A stretch of 61,188 nt of DNA, filler included, from Nemertoderma westbladi (taxonomy: Eukaryota > Animalia > Xenacoelomorpha), in assembly GCA_032718475.1 (NCBI GenBank). It is 3 parts of 3 records of this genome, joined end to end, with 100 filler letters (N's around TTAATTAATTAA, not from the genome) between each part and the next. Parts side by side here need not be neighbours in the genome. Positions count along the whole stretch, not along the records: positions 26,254 to 49,398 come from JAUCBJ010008318.1; positions 49,499 to 61,188 come from JAUCBJ010004745.1; 1 more part is not named here. One strand, 5' to 3'. Below, one piece after another: positions 48,020-60,902 of this stretch. The notes below the pieces were generated by a model. The model did no database searches. It was given only the letters and a program-made list of their open reading frames with translations, and had not been told where the DNA came from. The position numbers and the translations under genes were made by a program. Position 1 is the first letter of the stretch. The number at the start of each line of letters is the position of its first letter.

Positions 48020-49072
48020 GTTGAGTGAGTTCCTAGCTGGACGGAACAGACTGGAGGTTGAAGGTTCCAAGGCGTTGGCCGACGCGTTCCACGCAATGGG
48101 AACGTTGGAACGCGTGGAATTGCCGCAGAACGGGATAACCCACCGCGGATATCGGCGTTGGCTTCCGCGTTCCTAAACAACCCTCGACTCAGATTGGTCA
48201 ACCTGAACGACAACACGTTCACGGCGGTGGGAGCGGCGGCGATGGCGGAAGCCGTGACCCGGATGCGGAACCTCGAGACCCTGAACTTAGGGGACTGTCT
48301 GGTCCGAACGAGGGCGCGGAACGGCTAGCCGAGGCGTTCCGCGATGGGGGAACACATCCCGAGCTGAGGGAGGTGAACCTGAGCGGCGGGGAGATCAGAC
48401 GTGGCCGGGATTGAAGTTAGTGACGGGACGGCGTTGTTTGGGTGCGGTCCGTTGGCGCCGATCGACTTCAATGCCAACAACTTCTGTGTGTCAGGAACGG
48501 ACGAGATCGGGTGTGCGTTCGAATCGGCACGGCGGGCCGAGACGTTAGTGGGACTCAACGACGATGAGGGCTCCGAGCTGGACTCAAAACCCCCATATTC
48601 ACCCACTGTAAGCGACTTCTGGGCGTCGCCCACAAGCGATAACATCCGCGCCCTTGGCCACGACCAATTATTGAAACTTCTACTAGAAGACCTCGATGAC
48701 CAATTGGAGGAAGTGGACTCGGTGGTTGAGAGTCCTTCCCTAGTCCTCGCTGCGCTCAATGAGGACTCCTCCGACGAGATCCTCCCCTGTATCGACTCGC
48801 TCCTCTCCCGTTGCTCCTCCTACCCAGAGGACGTGGTTATCTACCTCCTCTCCCGCATGGGTCTCCTAAAGTCGGAAGATCGACTGATTAAGCCGCTCCC
48901 CGTCTCGCATCTCCGAGCGCCTCTCCTACTCATCTCCCACATCGCTCGCCATCGACTCCTCCCACTCGCTCCTCTCGTATACTTTAAGGTCTTCCTCGGC
49001 CGATCCCATAGACGTCTCGAAGGATACAGTAAGGAACGAACTGTGGCTCTCAATCTATTACATTCTTTGTAG
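48020..49072 (+). CDS. RANGAP1: RanGAP1 coding exon 2 (LRRs and C-terminal domain) with at least 3 frameshifts
   Basis: Acceptor ttctcttttag at 48019, phase-compatible with exon 1; [27 protein letters not shown]; SUMO site MGLLKSED; frame breaks near 48147, 48308 and 48400. Confidence 0.85.
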
Positions 49073-49398
49073 ATTATCTTTTAAGGTTGTTTATTGACAA
49101 CTAAATGTATCAACGACTTCCCTCTCGAATATCTTTTTAAAATAAATTGAATTCATTTGTGTCCCGGTAAAATTCTAGTTAATATTCTGCGATTGACTAG
49201 AAGACCGATTCACACAATAACGGCAATAAACCCTTCATCTTAAATAGCCTCTCGCACGGAAACCATACCCTAACTAACTTTCCTATACTATTACCTTTGC
49301 TTTCCCCTCCATTTTGTATTGATTATTGAGTCCACTAGCATTGCTATTGATTAACCTACTTACCATCCAACATAGATAAGGTAGTTATTGCCGTATCA

Positions 49399-49498
49399 NN
49401 NNNNNNNNNNNNNNNNNNNNNNNNNNNNNNNNNNNNNNNNNNTTAATTAATTAANNNNNNNNNNNNNNNNNNNNNNNNNNNNNNNNNNNNNNNNNNNN
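49399..49498. other. Assembly gap with artificial linker
   Basis: N-run, ttaattaattaa, N-run. Confidence 0.95.
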
Positions 49499-51587
49499 AA
49501 CCCGGTACTTCGACCGGCGGATATACCGATCGCAATCCCATACCTTCTGATGCAATCATATTGCACCCTTCACCCAGGAGTTATAGCCCTCCTCGTAAAG
49601 TGGCTCGCCCCAAAGAGAAAAGGACTCTTGCTAGCTTTAAAAAACTGCGGAAACGCCGTCCGCGCAAGAAAGACTAACTGTTTAGAGTATTTTTATATTT
49701 TAGAAACTGTGATTTTGTATATTTTATAGACTTAAATCCCATTTTCTGGGAGCGGTGTAAAAGCTTTTGTGGGATAACTGATACGTTTGCCTTTGCTGGC
49801 CAGTTCCCCCCCAGTCGCTAGAATACTCTCAAAGGGATTTATAACTAAAATAGTGCAAGCTACCAGCTTATTGGCTGATGTGCTGTACGGAGATATCTGG
49901 GCTCAGTTTAATCGGCCAACTAGCTTAGAGAGGTTGCCTTAGCCTTGCTGTCCGTGTCGGCCAATAGAATTTGCGTAGGCGTTGATTTCGACCTATCCCA
50001 GCGCTACTGAACTGAATTTCCTATCTCTATGCTCATCCTCTGTGTTGAACGGGGCTTCGTGGAATAAGGGTTTTTGGTATACTCGTATAGTAGTAGTAGT
50101 CACATGTTTCTGTTGTTGTGTTCCCATTTTTCGCCATAACACCGGCTTTTGGAACAACTCTAGCTAAAACTGCTTAGATTATAGAAAGTATAACTGTTAC
50201 CGGCGGTGTTACCTCACTTAATTTAACTGCACTAATCATATTGTTTGTACTGCTATTTACCGTCAGTTATTAATTGTATCGATTTGTTGATGGAAATATT
50301 GCTCATTTGGAGAATACTGATAAATCACCCAAATTTCCCAATTTCTTGATACACTACAGGTTAGAGAGACAGGCTATATATAACAATTGCGATTTATATC
50401 AATGTGGTGTGTATTGAATCTAATGTTATTTAGTAGACACTACCTGAGTCAATTGCTGTTCTCTTTATGTGTGATCAAATATACTGACGGTCGGCAGAAT
50501 AGTGTGCATGATTGTGAGTGTGATGTGACTGGTAACAAAGCATTTCCTAAAGAATGCGACTTATACTTTAATCATAAGCCTTATCGTTGCGTTTAGTATA
50601 AGTCCTAGCTCTGTTTAAATAGATAGAGCGCCACGTCCTAAAGGAACTGTTAATATTTCCCGAAAGTTAATAATATCTGTCAGAAATTACATATTAGCGA
50701 TCAATCGAATAATACAGTAGGCTTACACTGCAACCTTACACTGCAATAATGAAATCTAAGCATCCGAATTCAGCCTCCCGGGTGTAGATCCATCGGGTGA
50801 ATGATCGCGCATGGGCTGGCTTCGGCTAATGTTTTGTTTATTAGCATAAAATATTGTCGTATGCTAAAGGTGTGTTAATTAACTAAAAGACATATAAATT
50901 TTGGCAGGTTAAACTGCTAAAGGTCTTCAAAAGCGCGAACAGTATGTTTAGGTGTGGAGGCAACCCAATTTGTAAAAAAATATTAAAACTTACCTTATGC
51001 CGATAGTATTGATACTGAAATATTAATCTATCATGTCAACACCTCAACGAAATAACTTAGCCTATTATTCTAAAGAATCACGATTAAAAAATACTCGGCA
51101 ATAATTTTGCGAGATAAAGCAGCAAGCTGGCTTATTAGTATGGCACCTTACACTAGTACAGTAGTGCCTATGTCCTATATAAGTAATTACCCGTTGCCAA
51201 GAGTCATCTATATAAGGAACTATTTTCGAAGAGGTACTTGTCGATACTTGTAAGGAAAGGACAGTAGGCAGATGATATGGAAGCCCATAGTATCAAACAG
51301 TAAGTGGAATAATCAACTATACAGTAGTATCATATTTTCAGTCACAAGGTCTCAATATGTACAGTATTACAAAGAAATCACAACCAGCATAATATTTTAT
51401 GCGTATTTATGCGTATTTTTATGCATGTGAGTTTTCTGCGATTGTACGCAAGCTGTTGCGATATTTATGCGACATACTGTAGCTCAAGTAGGTCGCTTGC
51501 TGCGTAAAGGGTCGGCCATAATGCTTGGGAATCCCATCAGATACGCCTGCGTTGCACGCTTGCGCTCTTTTCACTGGGAAGGCACTT

Positions 51588-54500
51588 GAACAGTTTCAAC
51601 ATATTGTTTCAGTATCCCACATGCTACACGAAGGCACCTGTACAGTTTCAACAGATTGTTTCAGTATCCCACATGCTGCACGAAGGAACCTGAACTATGC
51701 ACTTGAAAATGTGTCATCTTTCCGTGATTTAGGAGTAGAAGTTGATAGTAAGTTATATTTTGCAAATCACATTGATTTAATAACTAATAAGTGCTATGAA
51801 GTTATTAACCCAGGAAGGCCCAAGCCTAGGAAAAACCTGTTCCAAACAGTCTCATTTGGGATATTACCCCAAAATGGCATAATTAAGATATATTACAACC
51901 AATAGTTCGAAATGATAAGCCATTCTAGAATTAAAGTGGGGACCGCAAATGCTGTCCATGGGCACTGCATGGAAAAACATGGTATATACAGTATTATATT
52001 CCAACTATAATATTATTATATTACCATAATAATACGGGAAATACATATGCAATTCATTAATTATATTAATTAACTAATGGTATTAATTAATTAACTAATT
52101 TACATTAACTAATTTAATTAATTAATTAAGTAATTATATTAATCAATTACATAATGTAATGTCATAAGTTAATATTCAGGCCTTTCCTATTATTAATCAA
52201 AACCATGAAATGCATCAAAACATGCGCCATGGAGAGGCACATGGCACTTTGTGCATTCTAGGCGACAGTTACGCTTACAGTGGCGGCACTTTCGGGTAGG
52301 GCAACTAGCACGATGGTGTCCAGTTGGGTCAGATCGGACACTATCGGGGACGTTTCTCGGGAGGTGATGGCCGAATGATGGATGAGGCAAGGCTGATTGT
52401 TGTTTGACCCGAATAAGAGCAGGCACTACAACTCTCCAATAGTCAATCTGCTTGATTGTTCCTTCTTAACCTAGCAGCTGAGTCATTCGCCACGAAGCAA
52501 CCATTGCTATATTGATAGCATTTATTAGCAGGGAGAAATACCACTTCTTTGAGTGGATGCATGGCCGAAATGTAGCTAATGCTCGATCTAGAAAATCGAC
52601 CCCACCCATGTACCTATTATAGATATTTATGACATAAGGTTGGGTGGCATCCGCTTTACCCCCCTGGACACCCTTCGCCCCCTTTATCCATCTTTTTACA
52701 GTACCAACGGGATGAACACCCAGTTTGTTGCTACCTATAGTTACAATCGCGTTATCGTGCCAACGTGTGAAATAAATCTTTCCACTAGAACGGAAATCGT
52801 AACTTCCACGTTCGTTTTCCTCATTTGCTCTACTGGTGTAAGTGGGCAGTTCTCAGTGCGATTGACACGAACAGTCCCCGTAGCACCAAATCCGCGTTGG
52901 TTCAAGCAGATCAGTAAATTGTAACTGGTAAAAAAGTTGTCAAAGAATATGTGATATTCCTCTGGTTTGTCTATAAATTCAATACCACCCATGACCACTT
53001 TGTAACCCAATAGCGAATCTGACTTGTCCTGTTTCCCTTCATAGATGACCACATGGAAGGGGAATCCAGTTGCACTTGCAGTTATCCAGGATTTGAAACC
53101 GAACCTAAAATAATTTCAGTTTCAACAGATTGTTTCAGTATCCCACATGATGCACGAAGGCACCTTCGAACAGTTTCAACATATTGTTTCAGTACCCCAC
53201 ATGCTGCACGAAGGAACCTGAACAGTATCAACATAATGTTTCAGTATCACACATGCTGCACGAAGGCTGTTAAAGCTTTTGCGGCAAAAATGTTACGTTG
53301 TTGTGCAATTCGCGAACTACTCTAAAAGGCCAGCATTATCCCGAGGGATTGGAGAATGTATAGACTTACGCCCTCTAGCGTCTGTTTTAATACAGAGCTA
53401 TAATGAAGAAAGCCAGCTGTTTCTTTGTCCCGTATGCTCTGTGTTATTTTCCGGTTCCGGCCAATCAATACAATTTTCACTTTGCGAATTCCTTGTTTAC
53501 ATATGTATATACCGCAGTGCGACAAATCCTTCATTCTGACATTCTGACTTTCGCCCAGAACCATCAGCGGCCAGAGAAAATCATAGAACGCAAAACTATT
53601 AACTCTCAACACTTTCCACGCATTCTGACATAGCTCTCCTGACACTCTCATCATATCAGACTCTCATAACTTGCTTGCTGACGTCTGACTGCTGACACTG
53701 CCGGCACCGCATACAGTACCTTATACTGTTTTTATACTGTTGTTCATTACTGTAGTTTGTAACCTATTTAATTGATGCTTATACAGTATTGGAGAATACT
53801 TATGAATAATCGATAATTACTCTGACTTTCTTGATTATTGAGGTAAGCAGAAGGGAACATTAGTAACAATTGATTGGCTCAAATTACAGTGGTCTGTATG
53901 AATTTATGCTATTTCATAACCCCCAACGTACGTGAGCTAAATTTATCCTTATATGTGAGTAAAATTGGTGACAGTCGTCAAATTAGCGTATTTCAGTACT
54001 ATTGTCAGTAACGGGAGTGTAAGCGATTAATAATACATTCCTAAAGAAAGCAAACATTTGCGTTATCTAATGACCATTCGTTGTAATTAGTGTAAGTCAT
54101 AACTCTGTCTGATATTTAAAGCGCAGCATCTAGAGGAACTGTTGGTATTGCCCTGAAAATAAACATAGTTTTTGGAGATAATATAGTAGAGATCAATCGA
54201 ATAATACAAAGTAGCCCACCCCTTTCTCTGCCATAGAATTCAGTCTCCGACACACGGTGGGTCATATGCCGTGCTAGAATGGCTTCTACTATGGCCATAT
54301 TTTGTACAGGCTGTCAGACATCATAAGACACATAAATTACCAGGTTAAACTGTTAAAGGTCTAAAAGCGCGAACAAAGGCACCTAAAGAGTATCAACAGA
54401 TTGTTTCAGTATCCCACATGCTGCACGAAGGCACCTGAACAGTTTCTCTAAATGATTTATCGTGCCTTCAGCACGGCAAGCTCCTAAACGGCTTTTGTAT

Positions 54501-55225
54501 GTATCTCAAAGTTATTTCCAAGTGCTAATTCACTTCGTTTATTGTTTTGGTTTCTCGGTGGAGATGACTGACTCAATACTGTAGCTCGCGTAAAACACTG
54601 TAGAATACAACGACTTTTATTTTACGGACTTCTACAACCTTTCCAAGATACTGTAGTTCAAAAACACAGTGATTTCTATTTTCCAGATGTTATTAATGTC
54701 TTGTGTCCGTTAGGAACCAAAGTATTCCTCGTAAACTCGAAAAATAATACACAAAATACAATCCAAAATAATACAAAAAATAGGTCTATCAAATAGGACA
54801 AAGGACAAAAAATGGGTCGTAAAATACTTGGTGCGGTTTGACGTATTGGAAACTTGGCAATAGTGCAGAACACCAGGTTACTTTCTACTGTATGTCCAAA
54901 CGGGGGTGGTACCTTTTTTAGATGCTATACTTTGTCCTACGACTCAACAGTATGACTGAGGTCGCACCGATGAACCAGCAGGTAAAGCGCGCAAGCACTA
55001 CCGTATGGCTGGTTGAGCCAAAAACCAAAAAAGATACTGCTACTTTGTCCTCACAGTTGGTCCTGTGATAAAATGAGAAGTAGAGACTGAGGAGTAAGCA
55101 ACCCTCTAGTGCGCAAGCACTAGAAGGTTGGTTTTGGCCTTATTTCAGTATCGCCCAATAATCCCACATGTTGCACGAATGCATATGAACAGTTTCAACA
55201 GATTGTTTCAGTATCCCACATGCAG
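51588..55225 (+). repeat. Scattered short clusters of a ~52-bp repeat
   Basis: gaacagtttcaacagattgtttcagtatcccacatgctgcacgaaggcacct at about 51588-51692, 53117-53267, 54390-54447 and 55145-55225. Confidence 0.8.
51809..53110 (-). mobile_element. 5'-truncated piggyBac transposon (PGBD3-like transposase remnant at 52193-53052)
   Basis: FFDNFFTS, GATGTVR, MGGVD..D, KKWY; C-terminal CRHC..CTKCHVPLH..CFDAFH; terminus TTAA|CCC at 51805-51811. Confidence 0.85.
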
Positions 55226-55551
55226 CGCGAAAACCATTTTCACCATTTCCACAAACAGTTTCAGATCACAGTATATATTGAAGTGCAGACATCACTTCAC
55301 ATTCTGATAATATTTATTGAGATTCTACCTTTGCTTTCGAGATATACTGTAGTTTTACATACAGTAGAAGATAGAACAGACGGGATGATTCTAAATTAGG
55401 AAAACACTAGTAAAACAGTAAAACACTAGGAAAACATAGGAAAAGTACTGTAAAACACCCGGAAAACAGTGAAATTATTGATCAGCAGGAAATTTAACAT
55501 ATGTACTTCTTTGAATTGGCAATCCTAAATGTACTCCTCGCATAGCACACC

Positions 55552-56402
55552 ATAAATCCTGCCAAGTACCTAACTGATCTAGACTTTGCTGATGACTTAG
55601 GAGTACTCTCAGAATCACTAGAGGGAGCCCAACGGCTCCTCAGCTCATTAGAACATGCTGCTTCTAGTGTTGGTCTTTTTATTAACTCCAGAAAGACCAA
55701 AATTTTGACAGTTAACTTTGAAAGTTCTCAGCAAGTCTCTGATCGGATGAGCATAAGCTCAAAGGATGGTATGCTTGAGCATGTGGACGACTTATGTTAC
55801 CTGGGATCATGGATCCGGAAGTTAGGTGAGGACCTTCAAATACGTTACGGAAAGGCATGGGCAGCCTTGAATATGCTTTCCAGGATTTGGAAGTCACCGA
55901 GAATTAATCGGAAACTTAAGGTCCGATTATTTAGAGCAGCAGTAGTTCCAGTACTCCTCTATGGGAGTCCATGCTGGGCTATAACTGCTGAGGATACCAA
56001 ATCTCTGGATGGCACATTCACAAGAATGCTACGCCGGGTTCATTGTGTCAAGTACAATGCACACATCTCCAACCAGACACTATATAACATTGGAGGTGTC
56101 TCATTGGTTCCCCCAAGCTTGACACTAGAACAAAATCGCCTTCGCTTTGCAGGACATTGCTTTCGCCGTGAGGACCACCCAGTGCATAATCTTGTACTTT
56201 GGCAGCCTCATGGAGTGAATAAGCATGGTGGACAGCCCATGACTTTCTTGAGACGCATCTTAAAGGACACTGGTCTTGAAGATGCGGATGATCTAGCAAA
56301 TGTCATGGGTGATAGGGAGTTGTGGCGGCGCAATTTTGTCGACAAGCCGGCACAGCCTTCTTAAAAATGCAGCTGCAATGCAGCATGCCGATAACACACA
56401 CA
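55552..56402 (+). mobile_element. 5'-truncated RTE-clade LINE
   Basis: LTDLDFADD, GLFINSRKTK, YLGSW, VLLYGS..W, RLRFAGHC; (CA)n tail; 11-bp TSD catagcacacc at 55541 and 56403. Confidence 0.88.
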
Positions 56403-56912
56403 CATAGCACACCCTAAGTCATCACCGTAAAACATAGGGAAAACACTATAAAAACACTACAATCCCAATCCCAATAAGCATTAACTTGGTCATTTTGGCG
56501 GCCAAAATCGCCAAAATCGCCAAATAAATGTAATAAATAAATAAAATAATAAAATAAAAAATAATAAATAAAATAAATACTGTAAATAAATAAAATAAAT
56601 AAATCCTCGGAGAGTTAACGAAACCCTCGGCTTCGCCTCGGGTTTGTTAACTGCCCCCGGATAACTAACTCGTAAAATAACTAAATAACTGGGTGATAAA
56701 TCATGTTGTATACGGTGGCTGATCTTTGTCAATTAATTATTTTTTTTATTTTTTTTTCAGAAGTTAAAAAAAAATGAAAAAAAAATATAAAAAATAAATT
56801 AATTGGCAAAGAACAGCCACCGGAGTGTCGGTTCTCTTTATATGAATTTTTTGTTTGTGGCTCGATACGCAGAGGTTGTTGTGTACTTCTTATAGCATGA
56901 ATTACATTCCCC

Positions 56913-57552
56913 GGCCCATGTGAAGAATGCCAGACTTTCTGCTGTTATATTTCACTTTGCAGTTACCCCCATGTGAAGAATACCAGGTTTTCACCAAAAA
57001 CACAGGTTACAGATGGGCTGAAACTAAACAAAACAATAAACGAATTAGTATATGAACTGAACAGGTTATAAGACAGAAATAAGCGCTATAAAACACTTAA
57101 TAAAGATAAATTTAAAAAAATAAAAAATCTTCATATATATAAAATTCCAATAAAAAGTCGACCGCAAAGTGAAAACCTGGTATTCTTCACATGGGCGTGT
57201 CTTATAACCTTGCATATACTAATTTGTTTATTGTTTTGGTTAGATTCAGCCCTTCTGTAACCTGTGTTTTTGGTGATAACCTGGTATTCTTCACATGGGG
57301 GTAACTGCAAAGTGAAATACATATAACGGCATAAAGTCTGGTATATTCTTCACATGGGCCAACGAATTAGTATATGTACAGGTTATAAGACAGAAATAAG
57401 CGCTATAAAACACTTAATAAAGATAAATTTAAATTTAAATATTATATTACACATATTATATTTATTATACAGATAAAATTAAAAAGTCTTCATATAAAAT
57501 TCCAATAAAAAGGTCGACCGAAAAGTGAAATCCTGGTATTCTTCACATGGGA
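56913..57552. mobile_element. Rearranged foldback MITE cluster (GGCCCATGTGAAGAAT termini); related copies at 44860-45266
   Basis: Repeated and inverted catgtgaagaataccag units and matching internal sequence. Confidence 0.7.
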
Positions 57553-58362
57553 GTGACTCTGCGTTAAACAGTATTAACGATGATTGGTTGCTGCTTAGTA
57601 GCAGCTTTCTCCAACCACTTCACATGTTTTATACAAAATGGGATAATGTTAACTGGAAAAGCCACGATCTAAGCACCAGTATATCTATATAGAGCAGTAC
57701 TTAGAATAGTACAATGACAGTACCGTATGTACATTGACAAAGTGAAACAAAATAAATAAATTAGCGAAATTTAATTTCGAAAGACAGCTGGTGTGTGGTG
57801 TGGGCCTAACAAACTGAAGTACAGAAGTAGGTATGTAACATTGCTGCTACTGTACTGTCAGGTGTCAGCCTGGTACAGTGGTACCGTGTACCGATAGGCA
57901 GATAGGCCCGACTGCTCTAGATAGTACAGTAGTACGGTAGGTGTAGGGCTGTCGGGTACAGGGGTAGGCTTAGGCTGTTCAGCTGTTAGGCAAAGCTGCC
58001 AAGTACTGAAGTAGGCCTAGTCCAGTCAGCCAGTAGTCTACTCCTACTGTACTAAGAGCAGAATACAGCAGTACAGCTGAGCTGCACTGCAGCACTGTGG
58101 CACTGTGCACTGTCACACCTACCGCTACGCGCTACCACCTACCATAAACCACTTCCCACTTACCAGTCAGGGAGATCATCAAATTTGAGAATACCTCAAA
58201 TTTCAAATTATAGACCCAATTTTGGAATTACCTCAAATTTAATACAAGGTTAGGTTAATTCTCTAAATTCGAGTTTTACCCCAAATTTGAATTTCATAGC
58301 AGCATAGTCAGATACAGACAGAAGTCATAGTTGGCCTAGTTCAGTAGTTGATAGCTTGTTAC

Positions 58363-59176
58363 TAGGGCTCGATCGGAGTTGGGATTTGGCCGGAGCCGGA
58401 GCAGGAGCCGGAGTTGGACAATTTGGCCGGAGCCGGAGCAGGAGCCGGAGTTTTTCAAAAAATTTAAAAATTTAATTATTTATTTAAAAAAAATAAAGTA
58501 TGGTTATCATTCGCCAATCGCTCATAATCAATCATACTGTAGGTCTAATTAATTTCATAAATTATAGATTTACGAATTTTCAATTTAAAATTTAAGTAAT
58601 TAATTTATCACGGACAGACGGCCTGACGCTGACGGCGACGGCCTGATGCTGACGGCGACGGCCTGACGCTGACGGCTAAAAATTACCTACAGTACCTAAC
58701 TCGCTAACTGTCTAGGCCTAACTGTGGTAGAGGTGTGTACTGTAGGTAGCCTACCGTACGTGTACCAGTACTGCAGTACAGTACAACAGTATGCTGGCAT
58801 GACAGCAGTAAATGGCTGCAGTGGTACAGTCTGACAACTGACAGTGTACAATCATAGCATTTACAATTTTTTAAAGTAGGGCCTATCTGTAATAGTCTGC
58901 TAGTCAGCTAGTCAGCCAGCTGGGCAGTACCAGTACTGCAGTACAGTCAGTCAGTCATTGACTTTAAGTAAATACTGCATCAGATTATACTTGATATTGA
59001 AACTGTACTACAGTACTTATAGTGTTAAATAATTGTTCAGATTAGAATATGCACGAAATATAATACTTTATTAAAAAATTAACTCCGGCAATATTTTTAC
59101 CGGAGCCGGAGCAGGAGCCGGAGGTGCCAAAATGGCCGGAGCCGGAGCCGGAGGCCGGAGCTCCGATCGAGCCCTA
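58363..59176. mobile_element. hAT-like MITE, copy 1
   Basis: TIR tagggctcgatcggag; subterminal (ccggag)n; 8-bp TSD cttgttac. Confidence 0.92.
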
Positions 59177-59184
59177 CTTGTTAC

Positions 59185-60002
59185 TAGGGCTCGATCGGAG
59201 TTGGGATTTGGCCGGAGCCGGAGCAGGAGCCGGAGTTGGACAATTTGGCCGGAGCCGGAGCAGGAGCCGGAGTTTTTCAAAAAATTTAAAAATTTAATTA
59301 TTTATTTAAAAAAAAATAAAGTATGGTTATCGTTCGCCAATCAGCCAATCGCTCACAATCAATCATACTGTAGCAGTGTAGGTCTAATTAATTTCATAAT
59401 TTATAGATTTACGAATTTTCAATTTAAAATTTAAGTACCGGTAATTAATTTATCACGGACAGACGGCCTGACGCTGACGGCGACGGCCTGATGCTGACGG
59501 CGACGGCCTGACGCTGACGGCTAAAAATTACCTCCAGTACCTAACTCGCTAACTGTCTAACTGTGGTAGAGGTGTGTACTGTAGGTAGCCTACCGTACGT
59601 GTACCAGTACTGCAGTACAATATGCTGGCATGCTTGACAGCAGTAAATGGCTGCAGTGGTACAGTCTGACAGTGTACAATCATAGCATTTACAATTTTTT
59701 AAAGTAGGGCCTATCTGTAATAGTCTGCTAGTCAGCCAGCTGGCCAGTACCAGTACTGCAGTACAGTCAGTCAGTCATTGACTTTAAGTAAATACTGCAG
59801 TATTATCAGATTATACTTGATATTGAAGCTGTACTACAGTACTTATAGTGTTAAATAATTGTTCAGATTAGAATATGCACGAAATATAATACTTTATTAA
59901 AAAATTAACTCCGGCAATATTTTTACCGGAGCCGGAGCAGGAGCCGGAGGTGCCAAAATGGCCGGAGCCGGAGCCGGAGGCCGGAGCTCCGATCGAGCCC
60001 TA
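59185..60002. mobile_element. hAT-like MITE, copy 2 (head-to-tail, shares the TSD)
   Basis: cttgttac at 58355, 59177 and 60003. Confidence 0.92.
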
Positions 60003-60486
60003 CTTGTTACTGTATTGCAAAGGTAAAAAATAAACTGATGTAAGCCTAGTGTCTGAGTGTTGTGAATTATAATATTTAAAACATATTCAGTATTAGTTTA
60101 AAAAGGCTTATACTTAAAAAGGCTACTGGTGCTGCTGGTACTGGTGCAGTGGGGTGGTATGATCAGATGGTAGACATATAAAACGAAGTACAGAGCTTAA
60201 AGAACTTATATTTTTATTTTGTTACTTTTTTGCTTGAATATGCCCTAAAATTGGGAGAAAAAGTAGTAGGCCTACTTTTTTACCCTACTGGTAGGGAAAA
60301 AGTTGTCCCCATAATATCTCAATATTGTAACTTTTTGTTGGGCACAGCTTTTGCAAAGTCGGCAACACAGCAATCTGCAATAATATTGAATAATATTGCC
60401 ACATAATAATGTACCATAGAGCCATAATTTTGCATTGATTTTACTTTTTCTCCCGGTAAAAAAAGTAAAATAAAGCTCCTCCTAGC

Positions 60487-60682
60487 TCCTAATCTGCTAA
60501 TCCTGAAATCACCTAAACTAAAGTCACTTTCACTAGTGCCCAGTTACAGGGTTAGCAAAGGAGCAGGTTACAGAGGTGAGTTGAAGGTAACCAAAAAAGA
60601 ATAAACAAGAGTTAGGAATATTGATATCACCTGCACTAAATTTCAGGATCAGCTGGTGATTTCAGGATTAGCAGATTAGGAG
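60487..60682. mobile_element. Small MITE-like element with a 28-bp inverted repeat
   Basis: ctcctaatctgctaatcctgaaatcacc / ggtgatttcaggattagcagattaggag. Confidence 0.65.
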
Positions 60683-60902
60683 GGTCACCTATTTGATTTG
60701 ACACAAGTGCCAAAATATTTTTGGTGGAATTTCTAAAATTTCATTGAATGTGTTGATCAACATTTTTGATCGAAATTTTAGCAAAATCCATCCCTACACA
60801 CTATTGCAATGCACCTTTAGTGCCTGCAAGGTGTACTCCAGAGATGAGATAAAGCCTCGAGAATAGGTTAGTGAAAAAGGTTATACTTTTTGCCCAAGTT
60901 AT

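Noticed and set aside
49499-50156. 3' end and LTR of another LTR element (purine run then TGT...ACA)
   Set aside because: No second LTR, TSD or recognisable domain is visible and the left side is a gap; too weak to call
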